From Anaerolineae bacterium (GTDB lineage: Bacteria > Chloroflexota > Anaerolineae > UBA4142), in NCBI GenBank assembly GCA_026417715.1, contig JAOACU010000003.1, positions 1-32,493 of the forward strand: 32,493 nucleotides of DNA, in the 5' to 3' direction. The notes under the pieces were generated by a model. The model did not search any database, was not told where the DNA came from, and was given only the letters and a program-made list of their open reading frames with translations. Shown here in pieces: positions 6,169 through 13,963 of the stretch (within the stretch, counting starts at the first letter, position 1; each line of letters begins with the position of its first letter). The translations under genes were made by a program, and so were the position numbers.

Positions 6169-8322
6169 ATGTTATTTACCCCAACGCATTTTCGCCATCT
6201 CCTCGCAGTGGTGTTCGGCTTTTGCCTTCCCCTCTTATGCATTGTTGCAACGCCAACTCAAGCCCAAACCCCCACGCCTATCTTTGTCCCCATCGCACTC
6301 ACACCACTTCAACGCGATACGCCCATCGAACTGACCGCGCTTACGCTCGATGCTGACATTCTCGAAGTGCAAGGACGCACGATTATCAGTGGCACTTCGA
6401 CATTCAAACTGCACAATACCGATCGTCTCAACGATTGGCAAGGCGCGGTGGGTTTTCCAACGTGGGCAGGTGATCCGTATGCCTTCGATCCCGCGCGCCT
6501 CGAATCGTTCAGCGTGAGTGTGGATGGCGTCCGCATCCGAACGTTGACACCCGCGCGCGCAGATTTAAGAATCGGCGCGAGTGTGCGCGCAGTGGATTGG
6601 TACACCTTCACATTGACACTTGAAGGCGATGAAAAGAAAATCGTGCGATACGATTTTCGACAGGACTTGGGCGATGGCGCGTTCGCGCGATTTACCTATG
6701 GACTACTCCCTGCTGCACATTGGAAAGGCAACATTGGCAGTGCGCGCCTCACACTCAATTTTCCCGGCTTTACGACGCTCGAACAAATCATCGCCTACGA
6801 TCCACCCGATCCTGAATTCGATGGCACAAGTCTAACGTGGCGTCACATCAGCAAACTGCCGACCGCGAATCCCACGCTCACTTTTTTGCGTCCGTCCGTT
6901 TGGAATGACCTGCAAGCCAAACGTCGCGACGCGCTGACGAATCCGAATAACGCGAATGCGCGTTTCGCGCTTGGCAATCTCTTGCGCCAACTCGCGCAAC
7001 TCGATTCGCCGCGCCGCGACAGTTTTTACAGCCAAGCCACCGCCGAGTTGGAAACAGCCGTGCGACTCGATCCGAACCATCGTGCCGCGCGCCAAGCCCT
7101 CGCCGCGCTCTACGAAGCGCGCGCCGGCGATGCGACGGGTTCGCGCAATCCCGCGTATGTGCAACTTGCGATCGCGCAATGGGAAAAGTTGATGGACGAT
7201 GCAAACGCGCGCAAGCAACTTGCCGAAGATTATTTTTATCTGGGCTTGGACGCGCACACACGACGCGCGTTTGCCGATGCCGCCGCGTACTACGACAAGG
7301 CACACGCGCTTGCCCCCAACGGCGCAGGTCCCCTTTACACGCCTGAGCGATTGGCAGCCCAGCGCCGCGCGCTGAACGTGGCGTGGGCGAACGCCTTGCT
7401 CGATCAAAACGATTGGGACGCGGCGTTACCTAAGGCGCGCGCGGCACTCGGCGATGCGTTCTTGGCAACGGTAACACCACCCACGTTTCACATCACATCG
7501 GCGCAAGTGAATACCGCCACTGCGACGCGCACGATGCGTTTTACGCTGACGCCACTACGCGTTGCCGAAACACAGAACGATGTGAGTGGTGTGATCGCCG
7601 CGTGGCGCGCTGCTGGCGCCGATGTGAATCTGGCAAGCGATGGTACGAATTTCGTACTCACGTTGACGGTGCCACACCAAACGCCACTACAACTGCGCGA
7701 TGCGATGCGCACACTTGCCGCACTGTTACCTGCGCGCGCCGAGTGGGCACTCGTACGCGCGATTCTCTCACCCAGCGACATTGATTGGCAAGAGACGGAC
7801 GAGTGGCTGACCCACACGATGCAGTATCGCGAAGCCGTAGATTTGTCGTCAGCGTGTCGCGCCTTCACCACGCAACTCGATACGCTCACGCAAAATCTCA
7901 AATCGTTGGAAAACATCTCTGCTGACGACGACGAAGCCCAACTCAAGCGCGCGTTACTGCGCTACGCGCAGCGCGGTTGGCAAGCGACGCTGGCAAGCGG
8001 TCACGCGATTTATCGTGCGGGCGCGCAAGAAGCGCGCGTGGAACCGTGCACCGCCAAGACGCTCAAGTGGTCATCGTCGGTGTGGCGTCCCGTGCGTGTA
8101 GCAATCGTTGTGGGGTTGATCGAACTTGTGGGGATAATCGTTTTGCTGGCGCGTTGGCGCGGACGACGGAGGACGGAAGACGGAGGACGGAGGACGGACA
8201 ACGGAGGATGGAAGACGAATGACGAAAGTAGTCCTTTTGACTTTTTACCGCAAGTCTCTGTCCTCCATCAAATCCCCTTCGCCATATACAACTCACCCAA
8301 CTCGAAACCCAAGCGGCGATAG
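6169..8322 (+). CDS. Hypothetical exported/membrane-anchored protein with central TPR-like repeats and a C-terminal TM anchor
   Basis: The N-terminal signal-like segment is FGFCLPLLCIVATPTQAQ. A beta-rich N-domain is followed by TPR-like helical repeats (ALGNLLRQLAQLD..ELETAVRLDPNHRAARQALAALYEA..YFYLGLDAH..AAAYYDKAHALAPN). The C-terminal TM helix is VRVAIVVGLIELVGIIVLLARW. The last ~55 aa are encoded by a heptamer repeat and by sequence antisense to the Elp3 3' end, so the true C-terminus is uncertain. Confidence 0.6.
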   Translation: MLFTPTHFRHLLAVVFGFCLPLLCIVATPTQAQTPTPIFVPIALTPLQRDTPIELTALTLDADILEVQGRTIISGTSTFKLHNTDRLNDWQGAVGFPTWAGDPYAFDPARLESFSVSVDGVRIRTLTPARADLRIGASVRAVDWYTFTLTLEGDEKKIVRYDFRQDLGDGAFARFTYGLLPAAHWKGNIGSARLTLNFPGFTTLEQIIAYDPPDPEFDGTSLTWRHISKLPTANPTLTFLRPSVWNDLQAKRRDALTNPNNANARFALGNLLRQLAQLDSPRRDSFYSQATAELETAVRLDPNHRAARQALAALYEARAGDATGSRNPAYVQLAIAQWEKLMDDANARKQLAEDYFYLGLDAHTRRAFADAAAYYDKAHALAPNGAGPLYTPERLAAQRRALNVAWANALLDQNDWDAALPKARAALGDAFLATVTPPTFHITSAQVNTATATRTMRFTLTPLRVAETQNDVSGVIAAWRAAGADVNLASDGTNFVLTLTVPHQTPLQLRDAMRTLAALLPARAEWALVRAILSPSDIDWQETDEWLTHTMQYREAVDLSSACRAFTTQLDTLTQNLKSLENISADDDEAQLKRALLRYAQRGWQATLASGHAIYRAGAQEARVEPCTAKTLKWSSSVWRPVRVAIVVGLIELVGIIVLLARWRGRRRTEDGGRRTDNGGWKTNDESSPFDFLPQVSVLHQIPFAIYNSPNSKPKRR
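8161..8223. repeat. Heptamer tandem array GGARGAC x9 (family F)
   Basis: The array reads ggacgac ggaggac ggaagac ggaggac ggaggac ggacaac ggaggat ggaagac gaatgac with an exact 7-bp period. A partial inverted word, gtcctcc, lies at about 8261. The array sits at the convergent junction of two genes and translates as RRTEDGGRRTDNGGWKTNDE in the upstream ORF. Confidence 0.8.
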
Positions 8323-9911
8323 TACTCGCGCGTGCCAATCGCCGCGATGACGGCAAGACGTTTGAATCCGTTCGCGCGCGCGATTTGTGTCGCGTGTTCA
8401 ATCAATTCCGCACCCAAGCCCGCGTGTTGTGCCTCGCCCGTACTCTCCGCGCCGATTTCGAGGGCGCGCCCGTACACGTGCACCTCACGAATCATCGCAC
8501 AGTCGCGCACTTCGTCCAAGATGTCTTCGCACGGCGCATCGGGTAAGGGCAACGATAAACGCAGAAACGCGGCAAGCCGATGACGCGGCGTGACGAAACT
8601 CAAAAAGTGTTCGGTGGTCACATCGGTTGGGTACGTGAGCACATCGAGGCGCAATTCTGCGCGCGTGATTTTTTCGTTACGAATTTCGCGACAACGAATG
8701 CATTGGCACGCCAGTCCACGCGCGCGCATTTCGCGTTGCACCACCAGTCGCAAATCGGAAGTGGTGTTGCCCGCGACGATGTAACTCGCGGGAATGTCGC
8801 GCACGACGCGATTGATGCGACAGTACGGTGGCACCATCGCTTTGCACGCGATCAACAATTCAATGAGTTCGGCTTCGGTGTAGGGTTGATATTCGCCGTT
8901 CTGCCAGCGCGCATACAACTCGGTACCTTCGAGCAAACTGCACGGGTAGATTTTGAGTTCGTCGGGACGCAGTGCAGGATCGCCCCACAAGCGCGCAAAA
9001 TCCGCGCGATCCGATTCGAGTGTCGCGCCGAGCAGATTCGGCATCCAATGCAAATGCAGTTTGAAACCGGCGAGTCGCAACAAGCGCATTGCGCGACGCG
9101 TGTCCGCAACGGTGTGTCCGCGCTTGTTCGCCGCGAGAATTTCATCGTCGAGTGATTGCGCGCCCATCTGCACTTTGGTTGCGCCGAGCGCGCGCAAACG
9201 ACGCACCTCGTCGAGTGTGACGTAATCGGGACGTGTCTCCATCACCATCCCAACGTTGCGATGCGCGGCGGTCTCGTTGAGACGTTGCGCTTCCGCTAAC
9301 GATGACGAATCGCGTTCGTTCATCGCATCGAGGCATCGTTGCACAAACCACTCTTGATACGCGCGCGGATACACCGACCACGTGCCCCCCAAAATCAGCA
9401 ATTCGATTTTATCCGTGCTGTGTCCCATCGTTTCGAGCGTACGAATACGTGCAAACGTTTGCGCGTACGGATCGAAACGATGCTCTTCCGCGCGTTGCGC
9501 GCCCGGTTCAAGTGGCAGGTAACTTTTCGGAAAACCTTCGGCTTCGGGGCAAAAGATGCATTTGCCCGGACACGGATACGGTCCCGTCATCACTGCCACT
9601 GGCGTCACACCCGAAAGCGTACGAATCGGTTTGAGTTGCAAACGTTCGAGAAGCGCGCGCTCGAACGGAATGACACCGCGCGCAACAAGTTGCCGATACG
9701 CGTCCACGATGCGTTCTTTGGGCACAGGACGATCGCCCGCGTGGATGTAACGTGTGATCAACTGATTCAGTTTTTGGCGCGTCCACTCTTCTTCCGCGCG
9801 CACTGCATCGAAGAGAGCCAAAAGCGCGTCACGTTGCACGTCCACATCGAGCGGGACATTGCGCTTGGCTTGCCATTCGCGGCGCGCGCGTTCACGTTCT
9901 TCAAAATTCAT
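8268..9911 (-). CDS. elp3: Elp3-family radical SAM / GNAT acetyltransferase (tRNA U34 carboxymethyl-type modification enzyme homolog)
   Basis: The radical-SAM cluster motif is PCPGKCIFCP (CX3CX2C), preceded by KPIRTLSGVTPVAVMT. The C-terminal GNAT/KAT block is REVHVYG..GEAQHAGLGAELIEHATQIARANGFKRLAVIAAIGTREYYRRLGFELGELYMAK. I prefer ATG 9911 as the start; the ORF-track start at 9953 is a TTG that overlaps the divergent gene. Confidence 0.9.
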   Translation of the reverse strand: MNFEERERARREWQAKRNVPLDVDVQRDALLALFDAVRAEEEWTRQKLNQLITRYIHAGDRPVPKERIVDAYRQLVARGVIPFERALLERLQLKPIRTLSGVTPVAVMTGPYPCPGKCIFCPEAEGFPKSYLPLEPGAQRAEEHRFDPYAQTFARIRTLETMGHSTDKIELLILGGTWSVYPRAYQEWFVQRCLDAMNERDSSSLAEAQRLNETAAHRNVGMVMETRPDYVTLDEVRRLRALGATKVQMGAQSLDDEILAANKRGHTVADTRRAMRLLRLAGFKLHLHWMPNLLGATLESDRADFARLWGDPALRPDELKIYPCSLLEGTELYARWQNGEYQPYTEAELIELLIACKAMVPPYCRINRVVRDIPASYIVAGNTTSDLRLVVQREMRARGLACQCIRCREIRNEKITRAELRLDVLTYPTDVTTEHFLSFVTPRHRLAAFLRLSLPLPDAPCEDILDEVRDCAMIREVHVYGRALEIGAESTGEAQHAGLGAELIEHATQIARANGFKRLAVIAAIGTREYYRRLGFELGELYMAKGI

Positions 9912-9919
9912 GGTATAAT
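9891..9919 (+). promoter_or_regulatory. Candidate sigma70-type promoter (TTCACG-17-TGgTATAAT) for the methyltransferase gene, possibly giving a leaderless or near-leaderless mRNA
   Basis: The -35-like TTCACG is at 9891-9896. After a 17-nt spacer, an extended -10 TGGTATAAT is at 9911-9919. The ATG at 9930 is only 10 nt downstream of the -10, and no Shine-Dalgarno sequence lies between them. Confidence 0.35.
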
Positions 9920-9929
9920 CATCAACCCG

Positions 9930-10649
9930 ATGGATGAGCAAATCGTCAGACAATTGATTGACATCAACAAAAAATTTTATTCCGAGTTTGCGTCCGCGTT
10001 TTCGGAGACACGCTCTAGCGCGCAGACGCGACTCGACCGAATTGTAGCGTACATCGGCGATGCTGGCAAGATTCTCGATGTCGGTTGCGGCAATGGACGA
10101 CTTGCCGAACGTTTGGATCGCGAAGGCAAACGCGCGCGCTATGTGGGTGTGGATGCTTCACCGCAGATGATTACGATTGCACGCGCGCGTCAGATGCGTT
10201 TGCATCACCTCACTGCCGATTTTTTCGTTGCCGACATCACGCAACCGCATTGGAGCGCGCCGATTGCGCACGAAACGTTCGATATTGCGATTGCCCTCGC
10301 CGTGTTGCACCACATTCCCAGTTTCGATTTGCGCGCGCGCGTTTTGCACGATTTGCGCGCGCTCCTTGCGCCCGGCGCGCGTTTGGTGTTGACCAACTGG
10401 GCATTCGATCGCAACGAGCGACAACGCAAACGCATCGTCGCGTGGTCGCACGTCGGCGTGGATGAACGCGCGCTCGAACCCGGCGATGCGCTCCTCGTGT
10501 GGCAACGCGGTGGGGTGGGCTATCGGTATTGTCATTTGATTACACCCGATGAAATGCAACGCCTTGCGGAGCACAGCGGTTTCCAAGTCGTCAAGCAATA
10601 CTATGCCGATGCGGATTTGAATTTGTATAGTGTATTGCGTAGTGCGTAG
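9930..10649 (+). CDS. Class I SAM-dependent methyltransferase, Trm9/ALKBH8-MT-like
   Basis: The SAM motif I is ILDVGCGNGRL. The N-terminal FYSEFASAFSETR resembles the Trm9 block ..IAPHFSxTR. FDIAIALAVLHHIPSFDLRARVLHDLRALLAPGARLVLTNWAF resembles Trm9 FDFAISIAVVHH..R..v...l.r.LrpGG..li..WA. YRYCHLITPDEMQRL resembles the Trm9 RYYHlf.eGEL block. The ORF-track start at 9339 is antisense to elp3 and is rejected. Confidence 0.75.
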   Translation: MDEQIVRQLIDINKKFYSEFASAFSETRSSAQTRLDRIVAYIGDAGKILDVGCGNGRLAERLDREGKRARYVGVDASPQMITIARARQMRLHHLTADFFVADITQPHWSAPIAHETFDIAIALAVLHHIPSFDLRARVLHDLRALLAPGARLVLTNWAFDRNERQRKRIVAWSHVGVDERALEPGDALLVWQRGGVGYRYCHLITPDEMQRLAEHSGFQVVKQYYADADLNLYSVLRSA

Positions 10650-10705
10650 TGCGTATTGCATATTTTATCACGCATCACGCAATACGAAATACGCAGTATT
10701 CAGTG
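10628..10705. repeat. Heptamer inverted array GTAKTGC x4 / (A)TCACGC-AATACGC x4 (family D, copy 1)
   Basis: The left array is gtattgc gtagtgc gtagtgc gtattgc, followed by the loop atatttt. The right array is atcacgc atcacgc aatacga aatacgc agtattc. The period is an exact 7 bp and the arms are imperfect reverse complements. The left arm encodes the last residues (..VLRSA*) of the methyltransferase. Confidence 0.75.
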
Positions 10706-10743
10706 TTCAGCCAGCGGTAAGTGTTTGCAAGAGCAATTCCAAT

Positions 10744-10772
10744 TTGACAAGCCCACTGTCTTGTGCTACATT
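10744..10772 (+). promoter_or_regulatory. Candidate sigma70-type promoter of the thiamine operon (TTGACA-17-TACATT)
   Basis: TTGACA at 10744-10749 is separated by a 17-nt spacer from TACATT at 10767-10772. This lies about 15-20 nt upstream of the riboswitch P1 helix. Confidence 0.55.
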
Positions 10773-10787
10773 CATTGTTGAAAATTG

Positions 10788-10886
<99 letters not shown>

Positions 10887-10897
10887 TTAAAATCCTT

Positions 10898-10928
10898 TGC
10901 CACCCAAGATCGGGTGGCATTTTGTTTT
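10898..10928 (+). terminator. Intrinsic terminator / riboswitch expression platform
   Basis: The stem tgccaccc (10898-10905) pairs with gggtggca (10912-10919) around the loop aagatc. It is followed by ttttgtttt and lies between the aptamer and the cytX Shine-Dalgarno sequence (GGAGGTG). Confidence 0.8.
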
Positions 10929-10944
10929 AAGGTTGGAGGTGAGA

Positions 10945-12345
10945 ATGACAAGTGTATTTACTCAAATGCGCCAACGTCTTTTGCCCAAGATTCAAGCGCC
11001 CCCAGAGTGGGGCATCGAGCCCGTACCTGCCACGCAACGTGTGCTGAGTGGGTTGGACTATGCAATTCTCTGGGGCGATTTGGGCATCGGTTTACTCGTG
11101 ATGTTGGCAGGTACGTTTTTGGTACCCGCACTCGGACTCGGCGATGCAATGCTCGCCATCGTCATCGGCAGTGCGCTCGGGTGCTTTTTGCTTGCACTTG
11201 TCGGTGTCATCGGTGGTCAAACCGCAGTGCCCACAATGGTACTCTTGCGTCCGATTCTGGGTGTGCGCGGTTCGTACGTCGCCAGTGCGTTGAACGTCCT
11301 GCAATTGATGGGCTGGACGATTTTCGAGTTTATCGTGATGGGCTTTGCCGCCGATGCGCTCAGTCGCGCGCTCTTTGGCGTATCGAGTCTGCCGTTGTGG
11401 ACTGCCGTATTTGCAGGCATTGTGATTTTGATGGGCTTGGGTGGTCCTCTCGCGGTCGTGCGCGAGTGGATGAGAAAATTTGCGGTCTGGGCAGTCTTGC
11501 TGATTACCCTTTGGCTCACCTTCAATTTGCTGACGCAACACTCGATAGTCGAGTTGTGGCACAAACGCGGTGCAGGTGGTTTACCTTTCTGGGTGGCTGT
11601 AGATTTAGTGATCGCGATGCCGATTTCATGGCTTCCGCTCGTTGCCGATTACAATCGCTTTGCGCGCCAAGCCAAGCACGCGTTTGCCGGCACCTTCATC
11701 GGTTACTTTATCGCCAACGTGTGGTTCTATGCGTTGGGCGCGCTGGTGCTATTGACCGCGCAAATCACACAAGAACCCAAAGGTTTCGTCAGCGCGATCG
11801 CGCTTTCGGGTGGTTGGCTCGCCTTGTTGATCTTGGTCGTGCACGAGACCGATAACGCGTGGGCAGACCTCTACTCGACCGCTGTCTCGACGCAAAATGT
11901 TTTCCCGCGCGTCAAACAACGCTGGCTCATCATCGGCATCGGTTTGCTTGCGTATCTGATTGCTGTTCTGATTGACATTACCCAGTACGAATTTTTCCTG
12001 TTCCTGATTGGCTCGTTCTTCGTGCCACTCTTTGGCGTTCTCGTTGCCGATTATTTCATCGTGCAACGACGCAACTATCGCGTGGACGAACTCCAACGCG
12101 GTGCCGCTGGATCGTATTGGTATCGTAGCGGTTTCAACGTACCCAACCTACTCGTCTGGCTCGTTGGGGTCGTTGTGTATCACATCACCAATCCCGGCAC
12201 ACTCGATGCGACGCTGGTGAAGGGTTGGGCGCAAATGATGCCGCCCGCCTTGACTGCGTGGGGTGGTTCGTTGCCAAGTTTCATCGCCGCGTGCGCGCTC
12301 ACCGTACTGGTGGGTCTCGTCACTAAAGGTAATCAGCGTGGATAA
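10945..12345 (+). CDS. cytX: NCS1 (purine-cytosine permease) family transporter, probable hydroxymethylpyrimidine transporter CytX
   Basis: The protein is a 12-TM-type polytopic membrane protein. It begins ..PATQRVLSGLDYAILWGDLGIG.., typical of NCS1 permeases. It is the first gene behind a TPP riboswitch, and GGAGGTG lies 5 nt upstream of ATG 10945. The ORF-track start at 10897 falls inside the terminator. Confidence 0.65.
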   Translation: MTSVFTQMRQRLLPKIQAPPEWGIEPVPATQRVLSGLDYAILWGDLGIGLLVMLAGTFLVPALGLGDAMLAIVIGSALGCFLLALVGVIGGQTAVPTMVLLRPILGVRGSYVASALNVLQLMGWTIFEFIVMGFAADALSRALFGVSSLPLWTAVFAGIVILMGLGGPLAVVREWMRKFAVWAVLLITLWLTFNLLTQHSIVELWHKRGAGGLPFWVAVDLVIAMPISWLPLVADYNRFARQAKHAFAGTFIGYFIANVWFYALGALVLLTAQITQEPKGFVSAIALSGGWLALLILVVHETDNAWADLYSTAVSTQNVFPRVKQRWLIIGIGLLAYLIAVLIDITQYEFFLFLIGSFFVPLFGVLVADYFIVQRRNYRVDELQRGAAGSYWYRSGFNVPNLLVWLVGVVVYHITNPGTLDATLVKGWAQMMPPALTAWGGSLPSFIAACALTVLVGLVTKGNQRG

Positions 12346-13144
12346 CTTGATCGTCGCCGCGCAACGCGCGCTTGCGCGCGTACGCGCCGAGCAACCACTC
12401 GTTCACCTCATCACTAATTTTGTGACAATGGCAGAGGTTGCCAACGCGGTCTTGGCAGTTGGTGCGCGCCCCGTGATGGCACACGCGGAGGAAGACGTCG
12501 CCGAAATCACACCGACCGCGCGCGCGCTGGTGTTGAATTTAGGAACACCGTCGCGTGAACGCCTTGACGCGATGCTTGTTGCCGCGCGCGTGGCGCGCGA
12601 GCATCGCATTCCGATTGTGTTCGATCCTGTCGGTGTGGGTGCAAGTACGTTTCGGCGCGCGTGTGCCACGCGTTTGTTGGACGCTGGCGGCATTACGATT
12701 GTACGCGGCAACGCCGGCGAAATCGGCGCGCTGGCAGGCGTAGCGAGCGCAATGTCGGGTGTGGATACCCTGCACGCGGACTATGATCGCGCGCGCGTGC
12801 TTACCGAACTCGCGCGCGCGTATCGGGTGGTGGTTGTTTGCACGGGTGCAACTGATTGGGTCGCCGACGGCGCGCGCGTTGTCATCGTTGAAAACGGTCA
12901 TCCCTTTTTGAAACGCATCGCCGGCGCCGGCGATATGCTAGATGCACTGATCGCCATAGCCGCGACCGTCGAAAGTGATGCGTTGCTTGCCGCAACGTGC
13001 GGTTTGCTGTGGATTGGTATCGCGGCAGAGCAAGCCGCGCGCACTAGCGATGGCATCGGAACTTTTCACACGCGCTTGTTCGACGCGCTCGACGCGCTGG
13101 ATGATGCGACGATTCAGCGCGCAGCGCGCGTCAAAATTCTATGA
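12338..13144 (+). CDS. thiM: Hydroxyethylthiazole kinase
   Basis: The blocks PLVHLITNFVTMAEVANAVLAVGARPVMA, IVFDPVGVGAS.FR, VRGNAGEI and AGAGDML match ThiM. The GTG start at 12338 overlaps the cytX stop by 8 nt. Confidence 0.9.
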   Translation: MDNLIVAAQRALARVRAEQPLVHLITNFVTMAEVANAVLAVGARPVMAHAEEDVAEITPTARALVLNLGTPSRERLDAMLVAARVAREHRIPIVFDPVGVGASTFRRACATRLLDAGGITIVRGNAGEIGALAGVASAMSGVDTLHADYDRARVLTELARAYRVVVVCTGATDWVADGARVVIVENGHPFLKRIAGAGDMLDALIAIAATVESDALLAATCGLLWIGIAAEQAARTSDGIGTFHTRLFDALDALDDATIQRAARVKIL

Positions 13145-13152
13145 ATCCGACT

Positions 13153-13224
13153 CAACGAATCTGGAACGAATAAGCGAATGTGTCGCGCGATTTGTTTATT
13201 CGTTGTGTATTCGTTGACGCGAAT
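13153..13224. repeat. ACGAAT/ATTCGT word hairpin element (family B, copy 1)
   Basis: The sequence is CAACGAATctggaacgaataagcgaat...tttattcgttgtgtATTCGTTGacgcgaat. The termini CAACGAAT and ATTCGTTG are perfect inverted repeats shared by all four B copies. It lies between thiM and thiW. Confidence 0.75.
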
Positions 13225-13250
13225 GTATAAAAAATCTACAGGAGGTCAAA

Positions 13251-13745
13251 ATGCACACTCGTCGCGTTGCCTATGCTGTCGTTTTGACGGCACTAGCGGT
13301 CATTCTCTCGCCGTTCTTCATTCCGATTGGTCCCGCCAAAGTTTTCCCGGCGCAACACATGGTCAATGTGATTGCGGCAACCTTGTTGGGACCCTGGTAC
13401 GCGCTCGCTGTTGCGTTTGCGGCATCGGTGATTCGCAATGCGACCGGGATGGGCACCTTGTTCGCGTTTCCCGGCAGTATGATTGGCGCGTTCTTGGCGG
13501 GCTATGTGTTTCTCTGGACGCGCAATCTGTTTCTGGGCGCGCTCGGTGAAATCATCGGCACAGGTATCTTGGGCGCGCTCGTGAGCACCTTGATTGTCGC
13601 ACCGATGTTTATGAACCGCGTGATGGATGCTACCGCGTTGATCGTGCCGTTCTTGGCAAGCACCACCGGCGGTTCAATCATCGCGCTCGTGGCTTTGTTC
13701 ATCTTGCGACGCGCCGGCGTCATCAAAAAGATGCCTCTCGACTAG
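13251..13745 (+). CDS. thiW: ECF transporter S component ThiW (thiazole precursor)
   Basis: The 164-aa protein has 5-6 TM helices, with ..LSPFFIPIGPAKVFPAQHMVNVIAATLLGPWYA.. and ..FAFPGSMIGAFLAG.., typical of ThiW. A strong Shine-Dalgarno sequence (AGGAGG) lies 6 nt upstream. The gene sits in a thi operon next to ECF A/T genes. Confidence 0.8.
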   Translation: MHTRRVAYAVVLTALAVILSPFFIPIGPAKVFPAQHMVNVIAATLLGPWYALAVAFAASVIRNATGMGTLFAFPGSMIGAFLAGYVFLWTRNLFLGALGEIIGTGILGALVSTLIVAPMFMNRVMDATALIVPFLASTTGGSIIALVALFILRRAGVIKKMPLD

Positions 13746-13800
13746 TACGCGCGTCGCGATTTAACCATTCAAGGTATCTAGTCAGCCCTGCTGGATTTCA

Positions 13801-13867
13801 GCCACAGAGCACACAGGGATCACAGAGAAACTTTTGTTTTCTCTGTGTTCTCTGTGTTCCCTGTGGC
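13801..13867. repeat. CACAGRG/CYCTGTG nonamer-period hairpin (family C)
   Basis: The sequence is gccacagagcacacagggatcacagagaaa-cttttg-ttttctctgtgttctctgtgttccctgtggc. CACAG occurs at 13803, 13812 and 13821, and CTGTG at 13843, 13852 and 13861, giving a 9-bp period. The arms are about 26/30 complementary. Confidence 0.8.
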
Positions 13868-13879
13868 ATACAAGCACAT

Positions 13880-13963
13880 CAACGAATGAATAACGAATAA
13901 ACGAATGGACGAATAAACGAACAAACGAATGAACTTTATTCGTCCAGTATTCGTTGACGCGAA
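13880..13963. repeat. ACGAAT/ATTCGT word hairpin element (family B, copy 2)
   Basis: The sequence is CAACGAATgaataacgaataaacgaatggacgaataaacgaacaaacgaatgaactttattcgtccagtATTCGTTGacgcgaa. ACGAA recurs with an 8-bp period from 13893 to 13925. The 3' end (GTATTCGTTGACGCGAA..AAAAATCTA) is nearly identical to copy 1. Confidence 0.8.

Noticed and set aside
8161-8223. Whether the tandem arrays here, at 31432-31487 and at 32429-32477 could be CRISPR arrays.
   Set aside because: The repeat units are only 7-8 bp and are contiguous, with no spacers. No cas genes are present in the window.
9339-9929. The N-terminal 197 aa of the ORF-track version of the methyltransferase (start at 9339).
   Set aside because: This part is antisense to the well-supported elp3 coding region and has no methyltransferase features. 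The conserved Trm9-like N-terminal block begins right after ATG 9930.
13214-13231. TTGACG inside the conserved right end of B-family copies 1 and 2, as internal promoters for thiW and ecfA.
   Set aside because: No acceptable -10 hexamer lies at 16-18 nt spacing in either copy. In copy 2 the start codon is only 16 nt downstream of the hexamer.
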